From NCBI GenBank assembly GCA_038241255.1, contig JBBRFW010000006.1:91-64090 (forward strand): a stretch of 64,000 nucleotides of DNA, read 5' to 3'. A program made the translations under genes and the position numbers. The notes below the pieces were generated by a model, which saw only the letters and a list, made by a program, of their open reading frames with translations, searched no databases and had not been told where the DNA came from. Positions 9,779-21,069 of this stretch are shown here, piece by piece. This DNA is from Burkholderiales bacterium (lineage in GTDB: Bacteria > Pseudomonadota > Gammaproteobacteria > Burkholderiales > Burkholderiaceae_C). How positions within the stretch are numbered: the stretch's first letter is position 1; each line of letters opens with the position of its first letter.

Positions 9779-10004
9779 GTGCGTCGGGCCAGTGGCACGC
9801 CTGCAGCGCGGGGTTCGCTGCTTCGTAGCCGAGGGCGACGTCGTCGCTCGCCTCGCCCTCGGCCGCGGGACTCGAACCGGAGCGCGCTCCGGCGAAGTAC
9901 CAGCGCTTCACGTCCTCGACCCATTCCTCGTCGTTCGCCATGGTCTTCTCCGGCGCCTGAGCGCTGCTAGTTTCACTGTCCGCGCCAGCACTGTCGTCCG
10001 CCAT
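9762..10004 (-). CDS. hypothetical acidic small protein
   Basis: 80-aa ORF with protein-like core DEEWVEDVKRWYF, fills the gap between genes; no family recognised. Confidence 0.4.
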   Translation of the reverse strand: MADDSAGADSETSSAQAPEKTMANDEEWVEDVKRWYFAGARSGSSPAAEGEASDDVALGYEAANPALQACHWPDAPTTGR

Positions 10005-10229
10005 CGGCTGCGGCTTCGATTCGCGGTAGGAGGGGGCCTACGCGCCGTGGTAGCCGAGCATGGCAGCGCTTCGTGACGCCCTGGCGTCAACACCGCGGTC
10101 AGCGGACTCCGACACGTCTTTCAGCGTAGACCCACGCGACGGCGCGCGTCACATGGGCGGTGCGGCGCGGCGTCGTGTGCAATGCTTGCCCGCAAATGCG
10201 CCGATGGCGGCCCGATTCAAGGAATTCTC

Positions 10230-10958
10230 ATGCAGCCGGTCCCGTCTCACCGATCCACCTTCCTAGCGCCGGGCTCGCGATGGTTTGCCGGCGCGAGAGT
10301 TGCCGCTGCCATCGCCGCCACGACGCTGGCGGCCTGCGGGCCGCACGACGAGACGCCGCTCGCGGGCGGCGCCGTGGCGGGCGCAACGCAGAGCGCACCT
10401 GTTCCCGTCATGGCCGCGCCCGCCCTGGCACCGCAGACCGAGGTCGCCCACGTGGGTAATCCGGTTCCGCCGCAACAGACCCCCGTCCCTGCGATGGCGC
10501 CGGTCCCGTCGCCGGCGGCGCCCGGCTACGCGCCGCCCTCGGCCGTGACCGTCGCCCAAGCCGCACCTGACGATCCTGCCCTGCGTCGCGCGACCCCGGT
10601 AGCGCAGGCGCCCGTGATTCCGCGCAATCGCGTCGGCTCGATCGTTGCGATCGATCCCATTCGCACCCGACCGCAAGGATCGGGCGCGGGCGCGGTAGTC
10701 GGCGGCGTCCTGGGCGGTGTCATCGGCAACCAGTTCGGACACGGGCTCGGGCGTGCCGCGATGACGGGGGTGGGTGCCGCGGGCGGGGCGATCGCAGGCA
10801 ACAATATCGAGCGCAACTACATGGAAGGTGTGGCCGGCTACCGCGTCCACATCCGTCTCGACAATGGCAGCACGCGGACCTTCGAGCGCCGGAACATCGG
10901 CGCCCTCCACGTCGGTGATCGCATCCGCCTCGACGGCAACGGGTTCCGCCGCGGCTGA
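10230..10958 (+). CDS. glycine-zipper 2TM domain lipoprotein (SlyB-like)
   Basis: LAAC lipobox, Pro-rich linker, GAVVGGVLGGVIGNQFG..G.AA...GAAGGAIAGN, VRLDNG-type tail; AAGGA RBS. Confidence 0.88.
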   Translation: MQPVPSHRSTFLAPGSRWFAGARVAAAIAATTLAACGPHDETPLAGGAVAGATQSAPVPVMAAPALAPQTEVAHVGNPVPPQQTPVPAMAPVPSPAAPGYAPPSAVTVAQAAPDDPALRRATPVAQAPVIPRNRVGSIVAIDPIRTRPQGSGAGAVVGGVLGGVIGNQFGHGLGRAAMTGVGAAGGAIAGNNIERNYMEGVAGYRVHIRLDNGSTRTFERRNIGALHVGDRIRLDGNGFRRG

Positions 10959-11769
10959 GGGCCCGCCGACCGCGCGCGGTCGAATCCGCGTCGGCGTCGG
11001 CGGATGGGTCTACGAGCCCTGGCGCGACGATTTCTATCCGGCCGGTCTCGCGCACGCGCGCGAGCTCGAGTACCTGAGCCGGCGCGTGACGGCGATCGAG
11101 ATCAACGCCACCTACTACCGCACGCAGAGCGCCGCGAGCTTCGCGAAGTGGCGCGACGCAGTCCCCGACGACTTCGTCTTTGCCGTCAAGGCCAGCCGCT
11201 ACGCCACCAATCGTCGGGTTCTCGCCGAAGCCGGCGATTCGATCGAACGCTTTGCCGCCAGCGGCGTGGTCGAGCTCGGCCCGAAGCTCGGGCCGATCGT
11301 TTGGCAATTTGCGACGTCGAAGTCGTTCGACCCCGACGACCTTGGCGCGTTCCTGAAGCTTCTGCCGGCACGCATCGGCGCGACGCCGCTGCGCCACGCC
11401 ATGGAGGTGCGCCATCCGAGTTTCATGTGTGCCGAATACTTGGCCCTCGCGCGCCGCCACGGGGTCGCGACGGTATTTGCCGATTCGAACGACTACCCTT
11501 CGTTTGCCGACCTCACCGGCTCGTTCGTTTATGCGCGCCTGATGCGTTGCGAAGCCTGCCACGACACCGGCTATCCCACCGCCGCGCTCGCAACGTGGGC
11601 GTCAACGGCCCGCGCGTGGAGCCGGGGGCAAGAGCCAGAGGGACTGGCTCGCGTCGAGACGTTTCCAGCGCCCCCGGCCGCTCGCGACGTCTACGTGTTC
11701 TTCATTAGCGGAGCGAAGGAGCGCGCGCCGGCCGCCGCAGTGGCGACGCTTGCGGCGCTCGATCGCTAG
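10864..11769 (+). CDS. DUF72 domain protein (start uncertain)
   Basis: [10 protein letters not shown]...[35 protein letters not shown]. Confidence 0.88.
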   Translation: MAARGPSSAGTSAPSTSVIASASTATGSAAAEGPPTARGRIRVGVGGWVYEPWRDDFYPAGLAHARELEYLSRRVTAIEINATYYRTQSAASFAKWRDAVPDDFVFAVKASRYATNRRVLAEAGDSIERFAASGVVELGPKLGPIVWQFATSKSFDPDDLGAFLKLLPARIGATPLRHAMEVRHPSFMCAEYLALARRHGVATVFADSNDYPSFADLTGSFVYARLMRCEACHDTGYPTAALATWASTARAWSRGQEPEGLARVETFPAPPAARDVYVFFISGAKERAPAAAVATLAALDR

Positions 11770-11930
11770 GCGCCCCGATTTCGGCCAAAGAGGAAGGTCG
11801 CGATAGCGAGGATGATGAAGACGACGAACAGGATCTTGGCGATTCCCGCCGCGCCGGCGGCGATGCCGCCGAAACCGAATAGAGCAGCGATCAGGGCGAT
11901 CACGAAGAATACGACGGCATAGTGAAGCAT
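11766..11930 (-). CDS. DUF1328 (UPF0391/YtjA-like) small membrane protein, 54 aa, absent from the ORF track
   Basis: [35 protein letters not shown]...; AGGAG RBS. Confidence 0.92.
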   Translation of the reverse strand: MLHYAVVFFVIALIAALFGFGGIAAGAAGIAKILFVVFIILAIATFLFGRNRGA

Positions 11931-12117
11931 GTCTTGACTCCTGAGAGCGCCACGGCGCGGAAGATGACGCGCCGATGATCGACGCAGCGCGACGGCGCGC
12001 CGATAGGCGGAACCGCCGCCCGCATGTGGGGCTCACGTAGGATGCGCTGTCGGAGTGCTCTGACGCGCGGCTCCACGGCGCGGCCCGTGCCACACTCGAC
12101 CGCTCGCGTCCTGTGTA

Positions 12118-13878
12118 ATGCTCGCCATGACCGCCGTCCCCACCGACGCCTCCGCATTTCCGGCCCCTGCCGTGACTCCGGTCGTTGCGCGGTCGCCGCG
12201 CCCGGCGGCGACGATCGTCGTCGTCCGCGACGGCGCTGCCGGCATCGAGGTGCTGCTGTCTCGGCGCGCTGAGCGCGGCGACCACAACAGCGGCGCCTGG
12301 GTCTTTCCAGGCGGCATCGTCGAGAAGAGCGATGCGCTCGCGCACGCCGCCTGCGCCAGCCTTGCCGACGCGGAAGCGAGCCGGCGGCTCAGCTTAGCGA
12401 GCGGCGGTCTCGATTACTACGTCGCCGCGATCCGCGAGTGCTTCGAGGAGGCGGGATTGCTGTTCGCGCGCGCAAGCGACGCCGACCTCGTCGACCTCAA
12501 CGGCAGCGATGCGGACCGTCTCGCGCCGTGGCGCGGCGCGCTGCACCGCGGCGAACGGGGTGTCGCCGACCTCTGCGCCGACGAAGGGCTGCAGCTCGCC
12601 GTCGATTGCCTGTTCTACCTCAGCCACTGGCTGACGCCGCTCGGTCGGCCGAAGCGCTTCGACACCCGCTTCTTCATCGCCGCGCTGCCCGCGGCGCAGA
12701 CCGCCGCCCACGACGGCGCCGAGCTCGTCGAGCAACTCTGGATCGCTCCCGCCGACGCGCTCGCGCGCAGCGCCTCCTTGAAGCTGCTCACGCCCACGCA
12801 GAAGACGCTCGAGACCCTGACGCGCTTCGCGAGCGTCGCCGAAGCTCTCGCGTGGGCGTCGGCGCCGCGCCGCGTCGCCCTCGTGATGCCGCGGGTCGCC
12901 GGCGGTCGCGACGGTTTTCGACCCGTCATGCCCGACGAGCATGCGTGGGCCGAGCTCGGCCGCATCGATCCTGCCGGCCACGGCGACGCGTCATACGAGC
13001 TCGTTCCCGACCGCGCCGTGCGGCTTTCGGATCGCGTGATCCGCGTCACCGCCGACAACGGCAGCGTGATGACCGGACCCGGAACGAACACCTACCTCGT
13101 CGGCGCGGCCGACGCAGCGAGCTGGGCAGTGATCGATCCTGGGCCGGCGCTCGATGCGCACGTCGACGCCATCGTCGCGGCGGCGCCGGGGCGGATCGAT
13201 CGCATCTTCGTCACCCACACGCACAAGGACCACTCACCGGCGGCGCGGGCGCTGAAGGCGCGCACCGGTGCGACGGTGCTCGGCCTGGCGCCGCGCCACG
13301 GCCAGTGGCAGGACGACACCTTCGCGGCCGACGTGACGCTGCGCGGCGGCGAGCGGATCGAGCTCGCCGGCGGCTCGCACCTCGCTGTCGTCCACACCCC
13401 GGGTCACGCCAGCAATCACCTCTGCTATCTGCTCGAGGAAGAGAAGACGCTCTTCACGGGCGATCACGTCATGCAGGCGTCGACCGTCGTCATCAACCCG
13501 CCTGACGGGAACATGGCGGCGTACATCGCATCGCTGCGCGCGATCGCCGAGCTCGACCTCGAGTGGCTCGCGCCGGGGCACGGGTTTCTCATGGCCGAGC
13601 CGCGCGCCGCGATCGAGGCGATCGTCGCGCACCGCCTGAAGCGCGAGGCCAAGGTGGTCGCGGCACTCGCCGAGCTCGGGCCGGCGTCGGCCGAACGCCT
13701 ACTCGAGGCGGTGTACGCGGACGTGCCGCGGCAGCTGCACGCGATCGCCATGCGCTCGCTCACCGCGCACCTGCTCAAGCTGCGCGACGACGGCGCTGCC
13801 GCAGAATCCGCGGGCGACTGGTCGCTCCTGACCCGCGAGGACGTTCGGTCGGCGTCCGTCGACAGCGAGGCCACTTAG
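12118..13878 (+). CDS. NUDIX hydrolase (Nudt19-like) fused to MBL-fold hydrolase (LACTB2-like) with C-terminal winged helix
   Basis: [36 protein letters not shown]; [28 protein letters not shown]. Confidence 0.9.
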   Translation: MLAMTAVPTDASAFPAPAVTPVVARSPRPAATIVVVRDGAAGIEVLLSRRAERGDHNSGAWVFPGGIVEKSDALAHAACASLADAEASRRLSLASGGLDYYVAAIRECFEEAGLLFARASDADLVDLNGSDADRLAPWRGALHRGERGVADLCADEGLQLAVDCLFYLSHWLTPLGRPKRFDTRFFIAALPAAQTAAHDGAELVEQLWIAPADALARSASLKLLTPTQKTLETLTRFASVAEALAWASAPRRVALVMPRVAGGRDGFRPVMPDEHAWAELGRIDPAGHGDASYELVPDRAVRLSDRVIRVTADNGSVMTGPGTNTYLVGAADAASWAVIDPGPALDAHVDAIVAAAPGRIDRIFVTHTHKDHSPAARALKARTGATVLGLAPRHGQWQDDTFAADVTLRGGERIELAGGSHLAVVHTPGHASNHLCYLLEEEKTLFTGDHVMQASTVVINPPDGNMAAYIASLRAIAELDLEWLAPGHGFLMAEPRAAIEAIVAHRLKREAKVVAALAELGPASAERLLEAVYADVPRQLHAIAMRSLTAHLLKLRDDGAAAESAGDWSLLTREDVRSASVDSEAT

Positions 13879-15044
13879 CGCGATTGGTCCCAGGCGAAGC
13901 CGACGCCGAGCTCGCGCAGCGCCGAAGTCGCCGCAGCGTCGAAGCCCCAACTCCGCAGGGCGGCATCGCCGCCGTGTCCGCGCTCGGGCGGCGGCTCGGG
14001 CGTCGCACCCGGCGTGCGATCGAAGCGCGGCGCGGGCGCCGGCTGGGCGATGCCCCCGACGTCGATCGCGCCGGCGCGCGCGACGACGTGTGCATGGGCG
14101 CGGGACTCGGCGAACGAGAGCACCGGCGCGAAGCACGCGTCGGAGCCCGAGAACGCGGTCACCCACTCGTCGCGGGTGCGCCCGGCGAATCGCGCTGCCA
14201 GGCGCTCGCGCAGCGCCGGCCATGTGCTGCGGTCGTGCTGGGTCGCGGCGAGCGTTGCCTCGAAGCCGAGCCGCGCGAGCAGCTCGGCGTAGAACCTGGC
14301 CTCGATCGCGCCGATGGCGACGTGCTTGCCGTCGCGCGTCGCGTAGGTGTCGTACCACGGCGCGCCGGAGTCGAGCACGTTGGCGCCGCGTTCGCCGTCG
14401 CGCCACTGGCCGGCCGCGACCAGGCCCGAGAACATCGTCGCCAGCAGCGATGCGCCGTCGACCATCGCCGCATCGACCACCTGGCCGCGGCCGCTGGAGC
14501 GCGCCTCGATCACGCCGCAGGCGATGCCGAAAGCGAGCAGCATGCCGCCGCCGCCGAAGTCGCCCACGAGGTTGAGCGGCGGTACCGGCTTCTCGCCCGC
14601 CCGCCCGATCGCGTTGAGCACGCCGCTCAGGGCGATGTAGTTGATATCGTGGCCGGCGCGATCGGCGAGCGGCCCTGCCTGCCCCCAGCCGGTCATGCGA
14701 CCGTAGACGAGGCGCGGGTTGCGCCCGTGCATCGTCTCCGGGCCGAGGCCGAGCCGCTCCATCACGCCCGGACGGAACCCTTCGATGATCGCGTCGGCGT
14801 GCTCGGCCAGGCGCAGCGCGGCCTCGGCACCGTGCTCGCTCTTCAGGTCGAGGGTCACCGAGCGGCGGCCGCGCAGCATTGCGTCGAAGCGGCGCGTCCG
14901 GCCGAAGCCCAGATCGCCGTCAACGGGTCGGTCGACGAGCAGCACGTCGGCGCCCATGTCGGCGAGCATCATCCCGGCAAAGGGGCCGGGACCGATCGCT
15001 TCGAACTCGAGAACGCGTAGGCCGGCGAGGGGACCGGTGGCCAC
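13875..15044 (-). CDS. CaiB/BaiF CoA-transferase family III / alpha-methylacyl-CoA racemase
   Basis: [48 protein letters not shown]; GTG start overlaps the icmF stop. Confidence 0.92.
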   Translation of the reverse strand: MATGPLAGLRVLEFEAIGPGPFAGMMLADMGADVLLVDRPVDGDLGFGRTRRFDAMLRGRRSVTLDLKSEHGAEAALRLAEHADAIIEGFRPGVMERLGLGPETMHGRNPRLVYGRMTGWGQAGPLADRAGHDINYIALSGVLNAIGRAGEKPVPPLNLVGDFGGGGMLLAFGIACGVIEARSSGRGQVVDAAMVDGASLLATMFSGLVAAGQWRDGERGANVLDSGAPWYDTYATRDGKHVAIGAIEARFYAELLARLGFEATLAATQHDRSTWPALRERLAARFAGRTRDEWVTAFSGSDACFAPVLSFAESRAHAHVVARAGAIDVGGIAQPAPAPRFDRTPGATPEPPPERGHGGDAALRSWGFDAAATSALRELGVGFAWDQSR

Positions 15045-18000
15045 TACATGTTCCGTCGGTACTGCCCGCCGACCTCGAACAGCGCGCCGGTGATCTGGCC
15101 GAGCGAGCAGACGCGCACGGCGTCGATCAGCACCTCGAAAACGTTGCCGTTCGCGATCACCGCGTCCTGGAGGCGGCGCAGCGTGGCCGGCGCTTCGCGG
15201 GCATGACGCGCATGGAAGTCGGCGAGCCGCGACAGCTGGCCTTGCTTCTCCTGCTCCGTCGAACGCTGCAGCTCGATCTGCTGCGGCACCGCGCCGCCGC
15301 CCGGATGGCGGAACGTGTTGACGCCGACGATCGGGTACTCGCCCGTGTGCTTGAGCATCTCGTAGTGCATGCTCTCTTCCTGGATCTTGCCGCGCTGGTA
15401 GCCGGTCTCCATCGCGCCGAGGACCCCGCCGCGCTCGCTGATGCGCTCGAACTCGGAGAGCACCGCCTCCTCGACCAGCTCGGTCAGCTCGTCGATGACG
15501 AACGCGCCCTGGTTCGGGTTCTCGTTCTTCGCCAGGCCCCACTCGCGGTTGATGATCATCTGGATCGCCATCGCCCGCCGGACGCTGTCCTCGGTCGGCG
15601 TCGTGATCGCCTCGTCGAAGGCGTTGGTGTGGAGCGAATTGCAGTTGTCGTAGATCGCGATCAGCGCCTGCAGCGTCGTGCGGATGTCGTTGAACTGCAC
15701 TTCCTGCGCGTGCAATGACCGGCCGCTCGTCTGCACGTGGTACTTGAGCTTCTGGCTGCGCTCATTGGCGCCGTACCGGTCGCGCATCGCGATCGCCCAG
15801 ATCCGCCGCGCGACTCGGCCCATCACGGTGTACTCCGGGTCCATGCCGTTCGAGAAGAAGAAGCTCAGGTTCGGCGCGAAGTCGTCGACGGCCATGCCGC
15901 GCGCGAGGTAGGCCTCGACGAAGGTGAAGCCATTCGACAGCGTGAAGGCAAGCTGGCTGATCGGGTTCGCGCCCGCCTCGGCGATGTGATAGCCCGAGAT
16001 GCTCACCGAATAAAAGTTGCGCACCTTGTGGGCGACGAACCACTGTGCGATGTCGCCCATCACCTTGAGCGAGAACTCGGTCGAGAAGATGCACGTGTTT
16101 TGGCCCTGGTCTTCCTTGAGGATGTCGGCCTGCACGGTGCCGCGCACGTTCTCCTTCACCCAGGCGGCGATGCCGGCCGCCTCCTCGGCGCTCGGATCGC
16201 GCTGGTTCTCGGCGCGAAAGGCGTCGAGCTTCTGGTCGAGCGCAGTGTTGATGAACATCGCCAGGATCGTCGGCGCCGGGCCGTTAATCGTCATGCTCAC
16301 CGAGGTGCTCGGGCTCGTCAGGTCGAAGCTCGCATAGAGCACCTTCATGTCGTCGAGCGTGGCGATGCTCACGCCGGAGTTGCCGACCTTTCCGTAGATG
16401 TCGGGCCGGATCGCCGGGTCGTTGCCGTAGAGCGTAACCGAGTCGAAGGCGGTCGACAGGCGCTTGGCGGGCATGCCCGCCGAGAGCAGCTTGAAGCGCG
16501 TGTTGGTCTTGAAGGCATCGCCTTCGCCCGCGAACATCCGCGTCGGGTCCTCGTTCTCGCGCTTGAATGCAAACGTGCCGGCAGCGTAGGGGAACGAGCC
16601 CGGCACGTTGTCGAGCAGCAGCCACTTGAGGATTTCGCCGTCGTCCTCCCACGCCGGTAGCGCGACCTTCCTGATCTTGTTGCCTGAGAGCGTCGTGTGG
16701 ACGAGGGAGGTGCGAATCTCGCGACCGCGCACGCTGACCACGAGCTCGTCGCCGGCGTATGCGAGCTGCAGCGCTGGCCACTCGGCCAGAAGCGCGCGCG
16801 CACGCGGATCGAGGCGCTGTTCGCGCTCGTCGGCCAGCGAGTTGACGGCGCCGAAGGCGTTGGTCTTGTCGGGATTGGCCTCGCACAGCATGCGCGCGCT
16901 CGCGCGCAACTGCTGGATCTCGCGAGCGAGGCGCGCCTGGGCAATCGCGGTGCGCTTGTAGGCGCGCACGGCGTCGGCGATGTCGGCGAGGTAGCGCGAG
17001 CGCGCCCCGGGAACGATCGGCACCTGGTGCGTACTGTGGCGCGTCGAAACTTTCGGCAGCGCCCCCGGCAGGAGGCGCAGGCCGAGCTGTGCCAGGCGCG
17101 GCACCATCGCCTGGTAGAGCGCGGTGACGCCGTCGTCGTTGAAGCGGCTCGCCATCGTTCCGAACACCGGCATCTCGTCGGGGCGCCTGGCGAAGGCCTC
17201 GCGGTTTCGCTGCACCTGCTTGGCGACGTCGCGCAGTGCGTCCGCGGCGCCCTTGCGGTCGAACTTGTTGATGGCGACGAACTCGGCGAAGTCGAGCATG
17301 TCGATCTTCTCGAGCTGGCTCGCCGCGCCGAACTCGGGCGTCATCACGTAGAGGGGCAGGTCGACGAGCGGAACGATCGCGGCGTCACCCTGGCCGATCC
17401 CCGAGGTCTCGACGACGACCAGGTCGAAGCCGGAGGCCTTCACCGCGGCGAGCACGTCCGGCAGGGCGGCGCTGATCTCGCTGCCGAAGTCGCGCGTCGC
17501 CAGCGAGCGCATGAAGACGCGGGCGCCGTCGCTCCACGGTGCGATCGCGTTCATGCGGATGCGGTCGCCGAGCAGGGCACCGCCGCTCTTCCTTCGTGAG
17601 GGGTCGATGCTGATGACGGCGATCTGCAGGGCGTCTCCCTGGTCGAGGCGCAGGCGCCGGATCAGCTCGTCGGTGAGGCTCGACTTGCCGGCGCCGCCGG
17701 TGCCGGTGATGCCGATCACCGGCGTGTTCGTGTCGCGTCCCGCCTGCCGAACCGCGTCTCGCAGCGGCGCCGCAGCGGCGCCGATCTCGAGTGCCGTGAT
17801 CAGTCGCGCCAAGGCGCGTCGGGCCGCCTCTCCTTTTCCTCGGATCGCGTCGAGCGACGTCGGCGCCTGCGCGGCGAGGTCGACGTCGCAGCGCATCATC
17901 ATTTCACCGATCATTCCGGCCAGACCCATGCGCTGGCCGTCCTCGGGACTGTAGATGCGCTCGACGCCGTAGGCCTGCAGCTCGGCGATCTCGCTCGCGA

Positions 18001-18337
18001 CGATGACGCCGCCGCCGCCGCCGAAGACGCGGATGTTCTCGCCGCCGCGCGCCTTGAGCAGGTCGATCATGTACTTGAAGTACTCGACGTGACCGCCCTG
18101 GTACGAGCTGATCGCGATGCCCTGCACGTCTTCCTGCAGCGCCGCCGTGACGACCTCGTCGACCGACCGGTTGTGGCCGAGGTGGATCACCTCCGCGCCC
18201 ATACCCTGCAGGATGCGTCGCATGATGTTGATTGCCGCGTCGTGGCCGTCGAACAGGCTCGCGGCGGTGACGAAGCGCACCTTGTGCGTCGGGCGGTAGT
18301 CGGCCAGCGCCTTGTATTCGGCGGAGAGCTCGGTCAT
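15044..18337 (-). CDS. icmF: fused isobutyryl-CoA mutase / MeaB-like GTPase
   Basis: B12-binding [21 protein letters not shown], mutase domain [19 protein letters not shown]; 1097 aa ending YRRNM. Confidence 0.97.
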   Translation of the reverse strand: MTELSAEYKALADYRPTHKVRFVTAASLFDGHDAAINIMRRILQGMGAEVIHLGHNRSVDEVVTAALQEDVQGIAISSYQGGHVEYFKYMIDLLKARGGENIRVFGGGGGVIVASEIAELQAYGVERIYSPEDGQRMGLAGMIGEMMMRCDVDLAAQAPTSLDAIRGKGEAARRALARLITALEIGAAAAPLRDAVRQAGRDTNTPVIGITGTGGAGKSSLTDELIRRLRLDQGDALQIAVISIDPSRRKSGGALLGDRIRMNAIAPWSDGARVFMRSLATRDFGSEISAALPDVLAAVKASGFDLVVVETSGIGQGDAAIVPLVDLPLYVMTPEFGAASQLEKIDMLDFAEFVAINKFDRKGAADALRDVAKQVQRNREAFARRPDEMPVFGTMASRFNDDGVTALYQAMVPRLAQLGLRLLPGALPKVSTRHSTHQVPIVPGARSRYLADIADAVRAYKRTAIAQARLAREIQQLRASARMLCEANPDKTNAFGAVNSLADEREQRLDPRARALLAEWPALQLAYAGDELVVSVRGREIRTSLVHTTLSGNKIRKVALPAWEDDGEILKWLLLDNVPGSFPYAAGTFAFKRENEDPTRMFAGEGDAFKTNTRFKLLSAGMPAKRLSTAFDSVTLYGNDPAIRPDIYGKVGNSGVSIATLDDMKVLYASFDLTSPSTSVSMTINGPAPTILAMFINTALDQKLDAFRAENQRDPSAEEAAGIAAWVKENVRGTVQADILKEDQGQNTCIFSTEFSLKVMGDIAQWFVAHKVRNFYSVSISGYHIAEAGANPISQLAFTLSNGFTFVEAYLARGMAVDDFAPNLSFFFSNGMDPEYTVMGRVARRIWAIAMRDRYGANERSQKLKYHVQTSGRSLHAQEVQFNDIRTTLQALIAIYDNCNSLHTNAFDEAITTPTEDSVRRAMAIQMIINREWGLAKNENPNQGAFVIDELTELVEEAVLSEFERISERGGVLGAMETGYQRGKIQEESMHYEMLKHTGEYPIVGVNTFRHPGGGAVPQQIELQRSTEQEKQGQLSRLADFHARHAREAPATLRRLQDAVIANGNVFEVLIDAVRVCSLGQITGALFEVGGQYRRNM

Positions 18338-18347
18338 CGCAGTGTCC

Positions 18348-19205
18348 TCAAATGACCTTGATGGTCGCGAGCGCCGGGTCGCCCGCCGGATAGCACAGCT
18401 TCAGCCCCTGCAGCGACTGCTTCACGGCGGTGGCGATCATCAGGTTGCGATGCGTTTTCGAGTCGGCCGGGACGATCGTCCAGGGCGCCCAGGGCGTCCC
18501 GGTCGCGTCGACGGCGTCGGCGTACGCGGCTTGATACGCGTCCCAGCGCGTGCGCTCCTCGAGATCGCCGACGGCGAATTTCCAGTGCTTGGTCGGGTCG
18601 TCGAGTCGGTCCTGAAGGCGCAGCCGCTGCTCCGCCTTCGAGATGTGGAGCAGGAACTTCAAAACTACCGTGCCGGTCTCGACCAGCAGCTTCTCGAAAG
18701 CGTTGATGTGGGCGAAGCGCTGCTCGAGCTGCTCCCGCGTGATCCAGCCCTTGACGACGGGCACGAGCACGTCCTCGTAGTGGCTGCGGTTGAAGAGGAC
18801 GATTTCGCCGGCAGCAGGCACCTTCTGGTGGATGCGCCAGAGATAGTCGTGCGCGCGTTCGTCGTCGGACGGTGCCTTCCAGGCCGCGGCGCGCACGCCG
18901 AGCGCGCTCGTCTTCCAGAACACGCCGCGGATCGTGCCGTCCTTGCCGCTGGTGTCGGTGCCTTGCAGGACGACGAGCACCTTGAAGCGCCGGTCCGCAT
19001 AGAGCATGTCCTGCAGCCGGTCAATCTCGCCGGCGAGCGCATCGACGGCGGCCTGATCGACCGCCTTATCGCCGTTCGAAAAGGGCTTGGCGCGGGGATC
19101 GATCGCCGCCAGATCGAAGCGCCGCGCGTGCTTGGCGCCGGGCTTGGCCGTGGTCGCGCCAGCGTACTGGAAGTCCGCGAGGCGCGCGCCCGTCTTCTTC
19201 GCCAC
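18348..19205 (-). CDS. ppk2: polyphosphate kinase 2 family (class III-like)
   Basis: QGTDTSGKDG Walker A, HDYLWR, FNRSHYEDVL, KFLLHIS, PWTIVPADSK. Confidence 0.93.
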   Translation of the reverse strand: MAKKTGARLADFQYAGATTAKPGAKHARRFDLAAIDPRAKPFSNGDKAVDQAAVDALAGEIDRLQDMLYADRRFKVLVVLQGTDTSGKDGTIRGVFWKTSALGVRAAAWKAPSDDERAHDYLWRIHQKVPAAGEIVLFNRSHYEDVLVPVVKGWITREQLEQRFAHINAFEKLLVETGTVVLKFLLHISKAEQRLRLQDRLDDPTKHWKFAVGDLEERTRWDAYQAAYADAVDATGTPWAPWTIVPADSKTHRNLMIATAVKQSLQGLKLCYPAGDPALATIKVI

Positions 19206-19238
19206 GATGTCTCCGCTCCCGACGCCACGGCACCACGC

Positions 19239-19260
19239 CGATTGACGTATACGTCAATCG
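19239..19260. promoter_or_regulatory. LiuR-type operator (perfect 22-bp palindrome) upstream of ppk2-icmF-CaiB
   Basis: CGATTGACGTATACGTCAATCG; the core matches TTnACGTnnACGTnAA and the site upstream of the MerR gene at 36909. Confidence 0.8.
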
Positions 19261-19335
19261 CAGTGTAGCGCCGCGGACCCGGGGCGGCTTTCAGCGCCCG
19301 GCGAGGTGATGCGGCGGCGCGGCGCAGGCGGCCGG

Positions 19336-19673
19336 TCAGCGGCGCGCCCAGTGGCCTTCCTGCAGATGCCAGCGGCCTTCGTATTGGGCCCAGCGGTGCG
19401 GCTGCCAGCCGTAGCCCGGCCGGCCGTTCTCGTAGCGGCCGCCGACCCAGACGTGCCGGCCGCCGCGCCAGCCCCAGTAGCCGTCGATCCAGATCGCGCC
19501 GACGAAAGGCGGTGCCCGCACGGTCTCGTAATACGCGGCCGGCGGCGCGACGTCGGTGACGATGATTTCCCCGGCCGGCGCATAGGCGCCGAACGGGCGG
19601 CCGACGGGGGCGACGACGCATGCGGAAAGCGCGGCGCTGCCTACCGCCGCAAGGCGATGGTGCGACAGGACAT
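19336..19673 (-). CDS. YXWGXW-repeat lipoprotein (probable 1-bp frameshift in signal peptide)
   Basis: LSAC lipobox; WIDGYWGW, WVGGRY, WQPHRW, EGHW repeats; GGAGG-N5-ATG at 19673 is out of frame by one base. Confidence 0.75.
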
Positions 19674-19843
19674 GGCGACCTCCATAAAGGCAGAGGCGCA
19701 TTTCGGGCGCCACACTCCTTCAACCGGCGAAACCGACGCGTCGCCGACAGGTCGAGGCCGGCCTTACAGTCCTTTTCGCTCGGCGGGCGGCCGGCAGGCA
19801 AAAGCTGCATGATGGCGGCCCGATCGCCTGACAGGACACGACC

Positions 19844-20272
19844 ATGGCCCGCCTCATCGCCGCTTTTTTCCTGAGCGCCGTCATGGTCCTGGGCGCGCCG
19901 GTTTCGGCCCAGCCGGTCTCCGCCGACGACTCCCGCGCCGCTCGGGCGATCGTCAGCGGCCAGCTCGAGGCGTTCGCCAGCGACGATGCCAAGCGCGCGT
20001 TCTCGTATGCGGCGCCGGCGATCCGCGATATGTTCGGCACGCCGGAGCGCTTCCTCGCCATGGTGCGTGAGGGCTACCCGGCCGTCTATCGCGCCAGCGG
20101 CGTGACCTTCCTGATCCCGCTGCGGGTGCAGGGCCAGTTGTTCCAAGGCGTGCATCTGACCGACGCTGCGGGCGTGCTCTGGCTCGCCACGTATCGCCTC
20201 GAGCGCCAGCCCGACGGCGTCTGGCGCATCGCCGGCTGCGAGCTGCAGCCGGCGAGCGGCCAGATCATCTGA
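19844..20272 (+). CDS. DUF4864 family exported protein
   Basis: Signal peptide; QLEAF..DDA..AFSYAAP.I...FGTPE.FL.MV..GY..VYR; Y.LERQPDG.WRI.GC. Confidence 0.85.
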   Translation: MARLIAAFFLSAVMVLGAPVSAQPVSADDSRAARAIVSGQLEAFASDDAKRAFSYAAPAIRDMFGTPERFLAMVREGYPAVYRASGVTFLIPLRVQGQLFQGVHLTDAAGVLWLATYRLERQPDGVWRIAGCELQPASGQII

Positions 20273-20286
20273 GACCGGCGCGGCCC

Positions 20287-21054
20287 GTGAGCTTCCTTGC
20301 GCTCGATATCGGCAACACGCGTCTGAAGTGGGCGTTGTACGCCGCGCCGATGCCGGGCGTGGGAATGCTGGCGCACGGCGCCGTCTTTCTCGAGGCGATC
20401 GACGATCTCGCCGACGGTCCTTGGCGCAATTTGCAGCAGCCCGCGAGCATGCTCGGCAGCGTTGTCGCGGGCGAGGGCATTCGGCGCCGCGTCGAAGCGC
20501 AGCTCGAGATCTGGGACCTCGAGCCGCGCTGGGTCGTGAGCAGCGCGGCCGCCTGCGGGGTGATCAACGGCTACGAGCATCCGAACCGGCTCGGCGTCGA
20601 CCGCTGGGTCGCGCTCATCGGCGCGCGCCATCGCATCCTCGCCCGCGGCGCGCCGCGGCCGATCCTCGTCGTCATGGTCGGCACCGCGGTCACCGTCGAT
20701 GCGCTCGATGCGGAAGGCCGCTTCCTCGGCGGCCTGATCCTGCCCGGCTTCGGCCTCATGCTGCGCGCGCTCGAGATGGGGACGGCGGGGTTGAAGGCGC
20801 CGACCGGCGAGGCGGTCGATTTCCCGACCAACACCAGCGATGCGCTCATGAGCGGCGGTGCGGACGCAATCGCCGGCGCCGTCGAGCGAATGCACAGGAA
20901 GCTGCTGAAGCGCTGCGGCCAGGAACCGGCGCTCGTCATGAGCGGCGGCGCGGCGGTCAAGCTCGCCTCGATCAGCGACCTTCGCTTCGAGGCCGTCGAG
21001 ACGCTGATTTTCGACGGCCTGCTTCAGCTGCAGTCGAAGCGGCTCGCCCTCTGA
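20287..21054 (+). CDS. coaX: type III pantothenate kinase
   Basis: [33 protein letters not shown]. Confidence 0.95.
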   Translation: MSFLALDIGNTRLKWALYAAPMPGVGMLAHGAVFLEAIDDLADGPWRNLQQPASMLGSVVAGEGIRRRVEAQLEIWDLEPRWVVSSAAACGVINGYEHPNRLGVDRWVALIGARHRILARGAPRPILVVMVGTAVTVDALDAEGRFLGGLILPGFGLMLRALEMGTAGLKAPTGEAVDFPTNTSDALMSGGADAIAGAVERMHRKLLKRCGQEPALVMSGGAAVKLASISDLRFEAVETLIFDGLLQLQSKRLAL

Positions 21055-21069
21055 CGAGCGACCGGCGCG

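Noticed and set aside
10004-10061. In-frame ATG...TAG upstream of the 80-aa ORF (possible amber read-through)
   Set aside because: No pyrrolysine or recoding evidence; other genes use TAG as a normal stop; likely chance
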